A stretch of DNA of 61,495 nucleotides, filler included, from Choristocarpus tenellus KU-1152 (lineage: Eukaryota > Protista > Phaeophyceae): assembly GCA_964200185.2 (NCBI GenBank). It is 5 parts of 5 records of this genome, joined end to end, with 100 filler letters (N's around TTAATTAATTAA, not from the genome) between each part and the next. Parts side by side here need not be neighbours in the genome. Positions count along the whole stretch, not along the records: positions 12,148 to 41,288 come from CAXNAD020000113.1; 4 more parts are not named here. One strand, written 5' to 3'. This document shows positions 13,180 to 26,538 of the stretch, in pieces. Under the pieces are notes generated by a model that did not search any database, was not told the origin of the DNA, and saw only the letters and a list, made by a program, of their open reading frames with translations. Positions within the stretch are counted from its first letter, which is position 1. Every line of letters starts with the position of its first letter. The position numbers and the translations under genes are program-made.

Positions 13180-16100
13180 TTACACAATTTTGTGGAGCAT
13201 GTTCTCCTTGTTGATGAGATGGCAGCTACGCTCTACGAGCTGTAGCAGTTGCGCAATATCCGAGTTCCATTCAGAGAGAATCTGCTAGGGTTAGGGTTAG
13301 GGACAAGGACCAAAAGGGAGCATATGAGTAGAGTCCATGAATGCTCCGTCTACTGAACAACTGGGGTCTGAATGGACACCCTGGTGTAGAGCCCCCCTCC
13401 CCCCCCAAATACTTCGAGTCATGATTCCTTATTGAGTAAATGGTAATTCACCTTTTTTCCATGCTAGGAATCGTTTGAGAACTGCACATCAATAACAAGA
13501 AAAAATCTACTCATGTACATGAGGTCCAGTACAACACAAGGATCTCATTCAAGATAGAACAGAGGAGCACGCTAGGGATTGACTGGCTGAGACAATGTGT
13601 TTGGGATTTTCTAGAACACCGTATCATGCCACTATATACAAAATGCTACCTGTGACCATTCTAACAAGCAGACCCAGACATGTGACTAGAGTTCTAGTGC
13701 CAACATTGAGGAGATGCGGCACAAAAAATTCCACCAATAAAAGATCAACTTGTCTTCCATGCTCAACAAATAGGATGTATTCATCCGGCAAACACTGAAC
13801 AATCATAAAAAATATTAGTACTCAGGATTAGGGATAATGCTAGGGAAACATTTTTCAAATGAAAAAAATTCTGCTGCTTCCTCAGAATAATAAAGAGTGA
13901 GCAGGGGGAGTGACTTCGTCTCAACGTGTGAACAAAATCTAACCCTAACCCTAACAAACATCTAACAAGCACCTACCTCCTCAGGGGGCTTTGGTTTGGA
14001 GAAGCTCACAATCCCAGCGGGTCGGTCAATCTTGGCATAACCGAGAGATCCATCACAGACCATATCTTTAGGAAAAATACAACCAAATAACCATGGTGTT
14101 TGATTACATGGAAAGGAAAAAACACAAAATCAGTCAGGATTGATAATGCATATTTGTTACATCAAATGAACCGCAAATTTACCCACACAGTAAAATAACC
14201 AACCCTAACCCTAACCATCTACAGGCAATCACTACCCTAAAGGGTGAAACAACCTTGAGATCAATATCAACCAAACCAAATTCAGCAGCATACAACTCAA
14301 TATACAGTATCATGCTACAACAATCACTGTAACCACATATCCTCAAACCACCATTTTCTCATAATCACTCTTCCTAAACCTGCTACTATAGCAACACTCC
14401 AGAATCAGCAGCACCATATTATATTATATAAAATATGTTAAAAAAAAGGGACATGCTGCAGTACTGTTTACTGAAAATATCAGCATTTCTTAAATTGTCA
14501 ATAGGAGCACCCCCCCCCAACTCTAACACTTACACTAACGCCAATAAACCATTACGGTACACTGCCGAGACAGTTTCGTATGATTTCTTGAGTTGGTGTA
14601 AATCTAAAACAGATAACAAAAAAAGTCCTAAATGCATTTCTATTCTTTCCACAGCAATCAAAAGGAACCTCTCCACCAAGGCCCATCTAGTCTGAAATAA
14701 AACCTACATGCTGCTTGAATGAGGCTAGTTCTAGATCAATACAATACCCACCCTCTTTGTTCAACAGAAGAAGCTTAGGTCCCTGATTGGCCCAAAAAAG
14801 CTTGATCTTGAACTACAACTCACAAAAGGAGAGTCACAACATAGTGAATACTAACCCATACTGTGCGTGTTTCCTACCCAACCCTAGCCCTAAAGTACAT
14901 CAGAGTCTTTCTTTAGGACTAGAAAATGTGTTGACAGGACCATTTCTGATGGTTTCTCAAGTGTTCTTGTCCACAGCTGTCAACTGTTTCTAACCTTTGG
15001 TATGAAGGACAGTCCGGGTCCAATACTATCAAGTAAGGTTCCAACTAGGGCCGTCAACTAATTCACTTCTGAAAGACCCGATGAAAACCAAAAACAATTA
15101 GATTTTCACAAAACTAAATGTACATCTGTGTCACATCCTACTCTAAAAAACTACTTAAAGCCTGTCAAAAACAATACCAAAAAGATTGTATTAGTACCCT
15201 ACATACCTGCAACGTTCCTCTCTGCCTCTGCCTCCCCCAATCCTAGCAACTCTGCCAGGCGTTTGGTGTAGATCTGTTTGTAGTACTTAGCAATCACGCG
15301 AATGTTGTGTTGGACTACCCTTAGCTTCAGATCAACCTTCCACCTACCACAAAAGAGACCAAAAATGTTGTAGGGTTAGGCTTAGGATTAGATATAATAT
15401 AACAACAAAGAGTCTGTTGTAACATTCAAAACCCTAACCCAATTAATAAAAATAAAATAATCTTGAGCTCTTCTTGTGAGAAAGAAGACTGGGTATTAGA
15501 AGGCGACTGGTGTAAGCCTATTAAGATACACACACACACAATTCAGTGTTCACCACAAGGGAGGATACATTCCATTGGTGATAACCTTCACGTACTAATA
15601 CTTGACACTCTCTTGGAGATTGTTGGGTTCATGTTCTAGGTGGGTTGGCAACAACAGGATGAAACATCAGTTTGTTTTGGCAGTGGATGAGAAGAAGCTT
15701 TAATGTTCTCTTTCATAGATGAGACGCTTCAAACACCATTCTACACGAGCACTAAACTTCCCAGAAGTTTCTTGTTCTAAGATCGAAAAAGAACAGTTTT
15801 GGTTGCTACTTGGTTGCTATTTAATTCTTAATTGAATTGTAGCAATTAAATCAAATCTAAGATTCACAAGACTACTATAAATGTATGTAACACTTTGCCT
15901 AACCTTATTATAAATATGGGGTTAGGGCTAGGGTAATCAAGGTTGAGGTGAAGTAATGTCAGTATGACTCTTGGAAGAAATCAGACACCAGTATATTGTG
16001 TGTTTCAGGTAGGATATGTCATCACCAGCAACAACCTGATACCATGATCATGATATGTCCACCATAACGACCATACCCTCCTCAGCCAATAGCAACAAAT

Positions 16101-19100
16101 TTTTTTCAACCAACTGCCAAATCAGCACCTTGCCACACATCAGAACCCAACCAACCTTAACCCTAAATATGGTCCACGGTAATAATGTATGTTACAAGCC
16201 ATATCATTTCCTATCCTACTGTTCTACAAAAAAACCCAAACAAAATGCAATCCAGTGCTAACCCTAACCCTAACCAAAATATAATAGTACTAATAATATA
16301 GAAACAGGACATACCCAATAATTCAACAAGTTACTCAGCAAAACCTGGCATTCAACCCTTCACAAAATACCACAGCATTAGTGTAAGGCCTAACCCCAAC
16401 CCTATTTCCAACACAATACACTTAAAAAAAAACAAAAAACTGATCCAATTCATTGCTCGCTGTCACCCACACCCTAACCCTCTATGGCAATAGCAACAAT
16501 AATGCACGTTATCCCATGGAGCTCACAGAATTGGCCATGACAATCCCTTGCAATATATAGGAAAGTAAAATATATAAATATTAATAAAATATCTACCAAA
16601 AGGATAGTTCCAATGTGTACTACCAATAGTATCCATCAAATACCAGATAACCCTAACCCTAAACCAACATGACCCAAAAAGATACAAAACAAGGAAAAAG
16701 TTTAGATGAGCAATGCAAGGTAGAGCTTAGTTACACAAGACACACTTTTGAAGTAGCTCTGGCCCTCCTGCTGCTAAGCTGGGATTAGCTTCCAGCTCCT
16801 CCTGCCCCTGTAATGGGTATCCAATGATCTCAGGCGTGGTGAACAACTTGACGAGTGCCTGACAACACACAAGAAACACACCAAGACAAGTACCAAAGTA
16901 AGATCAACTATGTGTGATATATCATAGCCCTAACCCTAACCTTGAGGTGTTACATCTGATAAAATTGGAGAGACTTGTGGCATTATCATGGGCAGGTTAG
17001 GCATCCCCTAACCCTAACACTGTATACAGCAATAAAAACTACATCAAACAATTCAGTTTAGGGTTAGGGATACCTGAGAGTACAATACGAGACAAGCAAG
17101 GTTGACATCACAGCCTCAAGACCCACCCCAACAAGACTCTCATATTGTAAGCCATGACTATACTTAGCACTATCAAAATCAATTGATGCTAGTTCCAGTC
17201 ATTATAGCAAACCAGGGACTTTCTATTCTTCCAAGTAGTCCGCCACGGAACGGACCAATCAATTGCAGTCATTGGCACTCCAAAAATTCTCTGATTGGTG
17301 GTGGGTCTCACCTTAAGGCGATAGAAACAGACTTGTTCATGAAATGAAAATATTACATATCATAAACAGTGCATTAACAGCAACATCCTCATTCTTCCCA
17401 CAGAGGTAAGAGGTAAAACCCTCTAAGAGAGATACAGAGGTACAAACACATAAAAAAATCGATCAGTCATCAACTTACACACATCCGGTGTCTCCAAATT
17501 ATATGGGTTAGGGTTAGGGTTAGGGATAGGGATTTACCAGAGCAGAGCATGACAAGAACACAAGGAGTCCGAACTACAAACATTTGAAAATAACAAACTA
17601 GGGCTCTGAGGTAGCCATGACTAGGGTTAGGGTTGATCATGTGGCAAAATCAAGATGGTTACATCTTGTAAAGTGTTAAACCTCACGAGAGTTACCTAAA
17701 CCTAACCCTACGTTTTCCACTTTAAACCATTTCCTTTAATCTTTTCGCAGTTCACCCATACTTCTACGGATGAAGTGCAAACATTGACTTGAAATCTCTA
17801 GTTTTCAAAGTTTTTGAAAGGAGTTAGGGTTGGTTTTACATCATACATGGATTTGGTAAAAAAAAACTGCAGATATTTTCAGCAAAAAAAAGCAAACTGT
17901 GGTGGGTACCTACCTATTTTCACTTGGACTCAAAATGACTCAAAATGCCTCCTAATACAGGCAAGCCCCAAAATCTTGGGACTAGGTCCTAACTTATATT
18001 GCTTCATCTATTAGATGGGACTTGGCCGGTCTTGGCAAAGGGTATTTCACCACAAAAAACAATTAAAACAAATACCAGTTTCATCCAATCACCATAATAC
18101 ACACAAATACACACACCAACACACCCTAACCCTTTACAAAAAACAAACCATTCTGTGCTATGACTACTTTACAAAACGAGCTGAAAAGACTCAGACCTAT
18201 TTATGACACATACACGAGGAAAACAAACCCTAACCCTAATCCAGTCACCAAATCTTTTGTTGTTTTCCTCTCTGAAAATTAGTAACATCATACTCACAAA
18301 AGAGAGAATAGATCAACATCCGTTTCTTCTGTTCCTTCAATAAAAAAAAAAAAAAATGTACCATACTGTTAACTTTGATTATTTCTAACTAATTGGATTC
18401 TGCACAGAAGGTACACTTTTCCGTTGAAAACAAGAAAAAAATATTGTAACTTGATACCACACTTAGCTGTTGCCATGCAAAATAGTAGTATGCATTTAAT
18501 GCCATGCAGGACAAATTTCACATTACAGCATTCCACTAGTATTGCATTGTAACACTTGTATTCCAAGTAGGGGAGGTCAGGAGAGATCAACACATGTATT
18601 TTTCTTATTATACACTTGGCATGAATGAATCACTCCACAACATTCCTCTAACCCTTAGACAATTAATATTAATAGTTTGTCATTATCACAGGTACTTAGA
18701 TCAAGGTACACCAGAAAGGACCACAGCCACACTAACCAAAAACGGCTCACCTTATATTGCGGTAGTTTATCAAGATGGGTGTACTTCTCCACCCGGAAGA
18801 GCATGTCTTGTTGATGATTGCTGAATGGAGACAACACCAGAAAAAGCACTGCTGCCTCAAGGGGCTCTTGCCAATTCTTGTTGTCATCACTAGACTTCAC
18901 CTCTGGAGTGTCAAAAATCGAGTGGAAGTCCTGAGGAAGGGGCAGGGGCAGGGGCAGGGACAGGGACAGCACCACACATGATATGGAAGAGACCATCCCA
19001 ATGTTGGCACAAAAAGTATACTAAAAACTCCCCAAAATCTCTCCATCACGGTAAAGTAAAAACTAAGATATACTCTGTTGTTACAATACAATCAGAAATC

Positions 19101-22100
19101 AGAAATCATACCAAAGTATGCCTTTTTTGTATCCAATGTATAGCATCACACAGTACAAACAAAATACAAGTATCAACTGTGTTGGAGAGGTTGTAACTGT
19201 GTAATAGAGTGAATGAACTCCAGTTCACTCAACTGTTCAAATCACATTTATTTTTTTTACTGGTCAAATCAAATCATATCAAATCAAAGTGTTCATTTCC
19301 TTCCATATCCACACGTGATCAATCTTAGGGTTAGGGCTAGCGCCACTAAATGACTTTGACAAGCTGATCAATTTACAATCATTGCCATCAACTGGGGTAG
19401 GTAGCATACAAGGTTTGACAAGCACAAAGCATGGGTTTTCAACACCTTGGAAAGACATGGACCAATTCACATGTACTTCAATACTGATAGTATACTAGTA
19501 ACTGTGGAGACAAAAAAAGGTATACTTGTATTTTGATATGAATGATAGAATGCACTAGGATACAAAGAAAAAAGGTATAGTGATACTGTGATACTTATAT
19601 TATGATACAAATAGTGCACTGGTAGACAACAAGAGATAACCTGGTACTTTCACAATAAACTTAGGATGTGGGGGGGAGGGGGGATACGGTGTCAGGTATT
19701 CCTTGATGGGGGGCCCCTTGTGCTGATAATATACTAGTAGATGCAGAGATGATAACCAGCACAAATAACCAAAAGGTATACCCCTTTCAGGTACAGGATA
19801 TAAAAAGGGATTCGATTGAAGTCAGCGCAATGCCTAGTTCATAATAACTTTCCCTCTAATATAGCATAAAATTTCAAAAACTCGAAGAGTTCTGCCCTGG
19901 CCCATAAGGTATAGTACAACCACAAGGACCCTATTTGTTTCCTTGTTAAAATATTCATATATTCATACCACCTCAGCACCAGAAGAGTTGAAGGTGTCAC
20001 CTCACCTGGCAAAGGTTAAACGGCGCCTTCTCATGTATGTTGTACTCCACCATCAGCCTGTAGAATCGAACCTGGCAACAAAAAATAAAACAATAGTTTG
20101 AGGTTAGGGTCAGGGTCAGGAGGGGGCAACCATAACCTTAGTACAATCATATCGTTACTATCAATGCAACTACTTTGATGGGATGTGACACCAAAACTAA
20201 CCCTAACCCTACTGGTGCACCAACACAGGAGGTGATTTAGCCTGTAGATATATCAATCATGAAAAGGAAATTGTCAGTTGTATATATCCTACTAATAGAA
20301 TACATATAGCTTGACTTGTATCGCCATCTACAATAAAACTCCACAAATATAGCTTGACTTGTATTGGTAGTATTAGGCTCTTATTCTCAGAGTGCATCCT
20401 TCAGCTCTACCATCATCACTGAGCCAATCTCGTACATAACCTAACCCTAACCCTAGCCCTAACCCTAAGGGAAGAATTCTCCTCATTTGTTAATTGAGTC
20501 AAACTCATAATGCCATTGGACGAAATGATGCCCCTCAAATTATATTCAACAAAAATAACACATACATATCGATCTATATAGTTAGGGTTAGGGCATGGGA
20601 CCAAAACAGATTGGGGCTAGGGTTAGGGTTAGGGTTGAAAAGAGGGAACAAATTAAAAAGAATGAAGTAGCCACACACTAATCCTAACCTTAACACAACA
20701 CATCTGTCTTCCACTATGACAACACCAACTTCTATCTAGCCCTAACCCTAACCATCTTTTTTCATTTCTGACCAAGAGAGTAACATCCTAATACTAACAT
20801 AGGCAATGCTGTAGAGATGCTTCAACAATGAGTACCTGAACCTAACCCTAACTCTAACTACCCCCTTGGGATACAATTACCACAGATTAATAGGACCTCC
20901 ACTCCTTTCAAAATCTTGAAATTTCTAACTCTACAAAGTGACCAGGAATGTCCTAACCCTAATGCACAGCTGGAACACTCCTTTTGTTGTGAATAACTAA
21001 GGGTTAGGGCTAGCCCTTTCCCTAACCTCAGAACTACCAGTACACCAAACCCAAACTTTAACCCTAACCTCTCACTTCTGTCTTGGCTTAGCCCTCACCT
21101 TGAGGCTAAGTATTGTGAGATGAAATGAGAGCAGTGTTAAGGCTAGGATAAGAGCAAAAGTATCTTAGAGAGTAGGGATGCATCCATTTGGGAGCCAAAA
21201 TCCAACGTTCCGATTTTGATGTAATTTTGGCTATCATGTTTGTTAGGAAGTGTCAATATCCTTGTTCTAGACAAACTTTTCATAATGTATATATTTTACC
21301 TACTCTATCAGTATTTTGATGAATTTTGACAGAGGTTTCTTACAAAAAAAATAAATGTAGTCATACTGCATTTTGATTATGACTATGCCCTTAGAGTAAA
21401 AGTATCTTAGAGGGTACAAGTTTTGCTCCTGTTTGTCTGTTTGGAGTTTGACTTCCCATGGGGTTTTTTTATGACATTCTCCTACTCCAAAATGTGTTAC
21501 TGATACTACTACCAGAAAACATCTTAACATCACACTGTTATGGTGAACTCTAATCCCTTCTTTGTTCTTTGGCTTGGCAGAGATTAGAAAATATCTCAGA
21601 TTACTCGACAGCCAGGTTAGGGTTAGGGTTAGGTCTGACATGGTCATGTCTTTGAACAATTGATCGCACATGCTTTACTTCAGATAAAACATAATGGAAG
21701 GAAAGGTGGTATCACAAATAGAGAGCAGCACTAACCCAACCAGAAAAACAAAACCCTAACCCTAACCCTAACCCTCGAGTACATACTTTGGATAGGAACA
21801 CTTGTTGCAAAAGTTGTGCCTGGTAAGGCTTGGACAAGGTCACGTAAGGTGTGGAAGACTATCAACATAATAGTGATACTAGTAGTAATAGAACTATCTG
21901 AGGGGGAGATGTGGTTAAGGTTAACTAAGACAGAAAGAGGGCTTAGGGTTGGGTTAGGCCTCTATGACTGCCCTTGCGGTGCTTAAGCAATGTGAAGGTC
22001 ACCTTTCAGCTAACCCTAACCCTAACAATATAGTAACCTAGTAACAATCAATCTTCTCTACAGCCACACCCTAACCCTAAGAGTTTAGGGCCAACTGCAT

Positions 22101-25100
22101 TTGAGGCATCGCTGTGGTGTACATTGCACAAGGTCTGAAGAGGTACAAACAACTCAAAATAGACTAACCCTAACCTATATCATGTATCACATATCCCATA
22201 TCACAAAGCTACACCCAAAGTGCTACAGTAGGGGGGGGTCAGGCTTCAGTCTTTACCTTGATGTCCTGCATGTCTTCATCGAGCAGAACTTTCCTGTTGA
22301 TTTTTCTGCTCTGGATGAGAGCACGGATGTAATCTTTCTTTCCAAGGGTTAAGCGAATCTGAAAAAAAAGAGGCGTTTTCATACACGACAACAGCATAAA
22401 TTAGTGTTCAAAAAATCTAGTGAGATAATCAACACCATGTACAAAGGCCAAAAAATCAACAAAAAAATATATAGAAGAGATGCCCAGAAAGAGGAAGACT
22501 ACTTTCTCCACAAATAGAATTAATTATAGCGTTAAATATGGAACATAATGCACAGTACAAGAAACCCACAAAATTTAAATATTTGAAGAATATTCTGAAC
22601 AAATTATTTTTATTTTCATTATTTTTCTACTTTCAAACATATATCAACAGCTGTATAACTTCTTCAAGGTGAAAGAATATGACAAAAATCTAGCATGAAA
22701 AACTTTGTGGAATTGACTAGACATGCTACAGACTATGACAGTGGAAATATCAAGAAACAAAAAAAATCCTTAACTCTAAGATAAAACTCTAAAGATGCAT
22801 GCTGTACTCAACAGGAGAAAACCCCCACTTTGTTCTATAGGAGGAGAGAAGGATCAGTCCGTAACACACACAAAGAAAGCATGAGTCATGACTGATCATA
22901 ATCCAATCACATTGAGTTATCATAATCACATTGCACATTGTGTTTGGTAAGGCACACAAGACTAACTTAGCAAGCACGTCACAGGAAAGGTTGAACCAAT
23001 CCACAACACCAATCATATCTGATCCCCAGTGCAATCAGCATACAGAATAACAGAAAGTCATGAATGCATAAGACAGCAGGAGTGCCAAGCACTCACTCCA
23101 CAACACCTATTATTTCTTGATTGATTCTTGATTGATTTTGATGTCGTGTGAGAGTGTGGAGGAAGTTATCACCAACACCTCAAAACAAACAAAAAATCCC
23201 ACACACCACAATCAGGCAAAAAAAGATGCTTTCACCCTACCTGTTCAAGGATGAAATCCGCCTTCTCCCTCTTGTCCAAAGCCCCATAGGTCTCCACATG
23301 TACCTCTTGCATGACATCTGCTGCTCCTGCCACATCCCCCTCCTCCTCCTTGAACTGAACAGTGTCGCCACCATGAAAAAAAATGGGTACACCAACAGGT
23401 TAGGGTTATAGGGTCAGCTACGCATAGTTAGGGTTAGGGTCAGTTACAAACAGCAAACATAGACACTAAGAAGAGAGCTCATGTGTGACATCTAGTCAAT
23501 AGCAAATATACATTCAAATAACACCTGTAAACATCTAGGGTCACCCAACATATATAACAACCCCAACCCTAACATCAAACACAGGACTGAGAGGGTTCAA
23601 GCGTGACAACCCACAACAGTTCCCCTCATCTGATTCAAAGAAATAAAAAACAGCTTGTGTCAACGCCTCCAAGGTATAATAGTTGTAACTGTCATTGACT
23701 CACATACAAGAAAAAGGAGCAACCAAAGCAGCACAAAAACAACGTTTAGCTTTGCCATGAAATTACAGATGATAGGGTCTGATCTAACCCTAACCCTAAC
23801 CCTTAGCCTGACGAGTGTCAACAATTTCACATCACTATAAAAAATCTTGTCTACTTTGATCTCTATGCATACTCCCACCTAAAAACATTGTAACCTTAAC
23901 CCTCTAATCTAACAAATACCACAGTTTGCTGCGCTACCACAGAGGTAATCCCTTCCACAATCTATCAAGTACCTCATGTTTTCACCAATACAGGTCACAA
24001 AAGAGCAAATTAATCATTGTAACCATTACATCAATTGGGGGGAGAGGGGGAGGAGGGGGGGGGGTATTCTTTTGGGTAAGGATGTGACGGTTCAAAGGGG
24101 AAAGGGGCATGCTTCAAACCATTCTTGTAGTTGTTGAGGGTTAGGGTTACAATTAGAACCCTCTCTTCATCAACTTATAGTTTCTATACAAAGACATTTG
24201 GGAGCTCACTCATGTACCTGATCGTGAGTGAGTATGTGTCAAAATGTTCAATTGATAAAGCATCCAAGGCCTACTTTCAATAGAACTCCCTCACTGTGGT
24301 GTGGATAAAGAACCCTAAAATCTGATAGATTGACTCAATTGTCACTTAGCCGTAAGTATAAAGGTGAGAGAGACAGCTTACAACAAATAACTCTCATACA
24401 TCAACCCCAAAAATATATATTCTGAAAGCTATCAGCAGAAGAATATCTCCACTCAGACACAGCTTCTCACCCACAGAGTACACCATTGTACACCATCCGA
24501 CACAACCTTCAAGGAAAAAATTTTGGTGACAAATATTCCGGTATTATGAGCATGGCATAGGCACTTCAATATTATCTTGAAGAGCACTGGTCGTTGTGCC
24601 TGGGGCCATTTAAAAAACAAGGATGAATTTGGACTCTGACCCTAACCCTTACCCCAGATCACACAAGTTCAGCAAAGGGGGGGTCAAAAACCTGGGCCAA
24701 GATGCGAGTGAGCTTTGTCCTCTCAGCCTCAACAAATATCTTTCCATCTGTCATGTCCCTCAACGTCACCAACAGTGATACCCGGTGCTCCTTGTCAGGC
24801 GTTTCCTCTAGCCAACCCATGGCCTGCACATCATGAATCAACAGGTTCAGGATATTATTTGTTTGTTGTAGATGGTCTTCATTTGTGAATTCTCCTGAAT
24901 GTCCTTCCTACACCCTGACAACATCTGCACAATGTCAGTGGGCACAAAACGAAAACATATATTCACACACATAGGTCCATGTCAACACATCACAATATTC
25001 CCCAATTTTGAAGTAATTTAACTGGAGAACACACCCCATAACTGCTCAATGTGCAACCATTATCAAAATCCTTCAAAAAGGATTTATTCACATATAGATC

Positions 25101-26264
25101 ACAGTTGCAACTGTTGTCTGTGTGTTAATTAATGGCAACCTTGTTAGCAAAAAACATGTAGAAATGTTTCATTACGGTGAAGTGGAAGGATTGTTTCATG
25201 GGTTTATTGCAACTTGTCCTCGACATATTTTTCTCAAACCTCCACTGTGTTCTCATTGGCCATTTCTCTCCCTACAACTGCATCCCTTTCGAAGGTATTA
25301 TATTGGCACCACAACAAACAGCTTTGCTTGCTCTCCAATATGATAGTGCACTCTCTCCCCAGAGATACGTCTAGGAAGGTGAACTGCGACAGAACCCCAC
25401 ACCATTCGACCCAGCAGGTACGAATGAGCCCAAGCAAGAGACTGAGACAGTACATGGAAGAAGTCCCTAAAACTCAAATATCGCGTACCTGACACAACCA
25501 AAGCATGTTGAGCACTGAAAATATCACCCACGCACAATACAAACAGTAACACAGGGAGGTACTCTGATAGTACCTCCTGGACCATGGCTGTCACGGCCTT
25601 GCTATGCTGCCCTCTCCTCTTGGAGATGAGAGTTAAGGAAGCGTTGAGTTGTGCCCAATCCTCACACTTGCGGCAGAGCCTTATCGCTGTCAGCACCACC
25701 TCCTTCAGGTTGGAATAGTCATTCCCCACTCTGCACAAACGCTCCACGCTCATCAATAAGTCCAGACCCTCTGCGAGTTTGCCACTCTAGCGAAAGCGCA
25801 TGACCAAAATGACCAGGAATGGTGGAGGCAATGTTACTAGAATAAGGGGGAGTATCTCATAGAGCTTCAAAATCTGACGAGCACCAGAACGCGTGATGGG
25901 AGTTGAGTAGGACGGCGACCAAGAGGCCTGTCAGTCAACGCCATTGCCTTTCACCGTGATTTCGATCGATTACCTTTTTTTCATCTACAATTCAATGTTT
26001 AGCGAAATATAATGAGAGTTCACATTTCATCCATGCACAAGGAAGCACCCAAAAGGCGAACGATGATTTCGAGCACCTTGAAACAAAACCATTCAAATAC
26101 CCGTTCTCCGAGAAACATGCGGCATCGATCCCATCCCTAGTAGTAGCCAACAGCTGATGCTGCAATGTATAATGATCGGTTACCTCGGCGAGCTTGGTAG
26201 CTTCTGGTATCTTGGCGGTGACATCAGCTGTAAAATCCTTGCGCTCTTCTAGTCGGTCCCCCAT
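13180..26264 (-). CDS. RPN5: 26S proteasome lid subunit RPN5/PSMD12 (11 exons, 442 aa)
   Basis: Exons 26264-26184, 25786-25574, 24823-24692, 23354-23241, 22358-22257, 20071-20006, 18930-18751, 16858-16746, 15343-15207, 14065-13977 and 13281-13180. Motifs: [48 protein letters not shown]. Confidence 0.97.
13285..24650. repeat. Dozens of short (1.5-4 unit) interstitial TTAGGG/CCCTAA arrays throughout the RPN5 introns
   Basis: Examples near 13286, 13939, 14201, 16259, 16928, 17505, 20440, 20619, 21616, 21752, 22010 and 23783. Confidence 0.9.
21152..21497. mobile_element. MITE family B, split or rearranged copy (left arm 21152-~21306; right arm inverted at 21394-~21497)
   Basis: Both segments begin GAG.AAAAGTATCTTAGAG and match opposite halves of the intact copies at 35300 and 56775. 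Confidence 0.75.
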
Positions 26265-26538
26265 TGCTCCAACAAGGGATGTATAGCCCGGAATTCTCCC
26301 TCGCACAGACGCTACAAGCTTCTCGCGTTTAAGGTAAGTACGAGAAAATGTCCAGCAATATGTCCCTCCTGCTCGTTCCCTCCTCTCCCCTCAACACACC
26401 CTGTATTTGATCTCTGTTTGTAAGAGGGAACTCTGAAGACCTAAGGTAAGACCAATCGGTTTGGAACTCCCGTCTTTAGTTCATTTGATGTTTTATGTCG
26501 ATCTAGTTCTTAGATACTACATTTTGGGTAACCTAGAA
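26265..26538. promoter_or_regulatory. Probable bidirectional promoter, RPN5/ferredoxin-like gene, with a likely 5'UTR intron ending at 26536
   Basis: Divergent ATGs 275 bp apart; strong donors AG|GTAAG near 26334 and 26446; acceptor CTAG at 26536 just before the ATG at 26539. Confidence 0.55.

Noticed and set aside
12149-13281. Functional link between bacterial Rpn and proteasomal RPN5
   Set aside because: Name coincidence; the families are unrelated.
20375-20425. C/D-box-like motifs (GTGATGA...CTGA) on the RPN5 sense strand (also ~15980-16025)
   Set aside because: Too short for a typical C/D snoRNA, with no recognisable rRNA guide.
20416-23878. Short ORFs with RVRVRV / LTLTLT / PNPN runs
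   Set aside because: Translations of intronic telomeric repeats.
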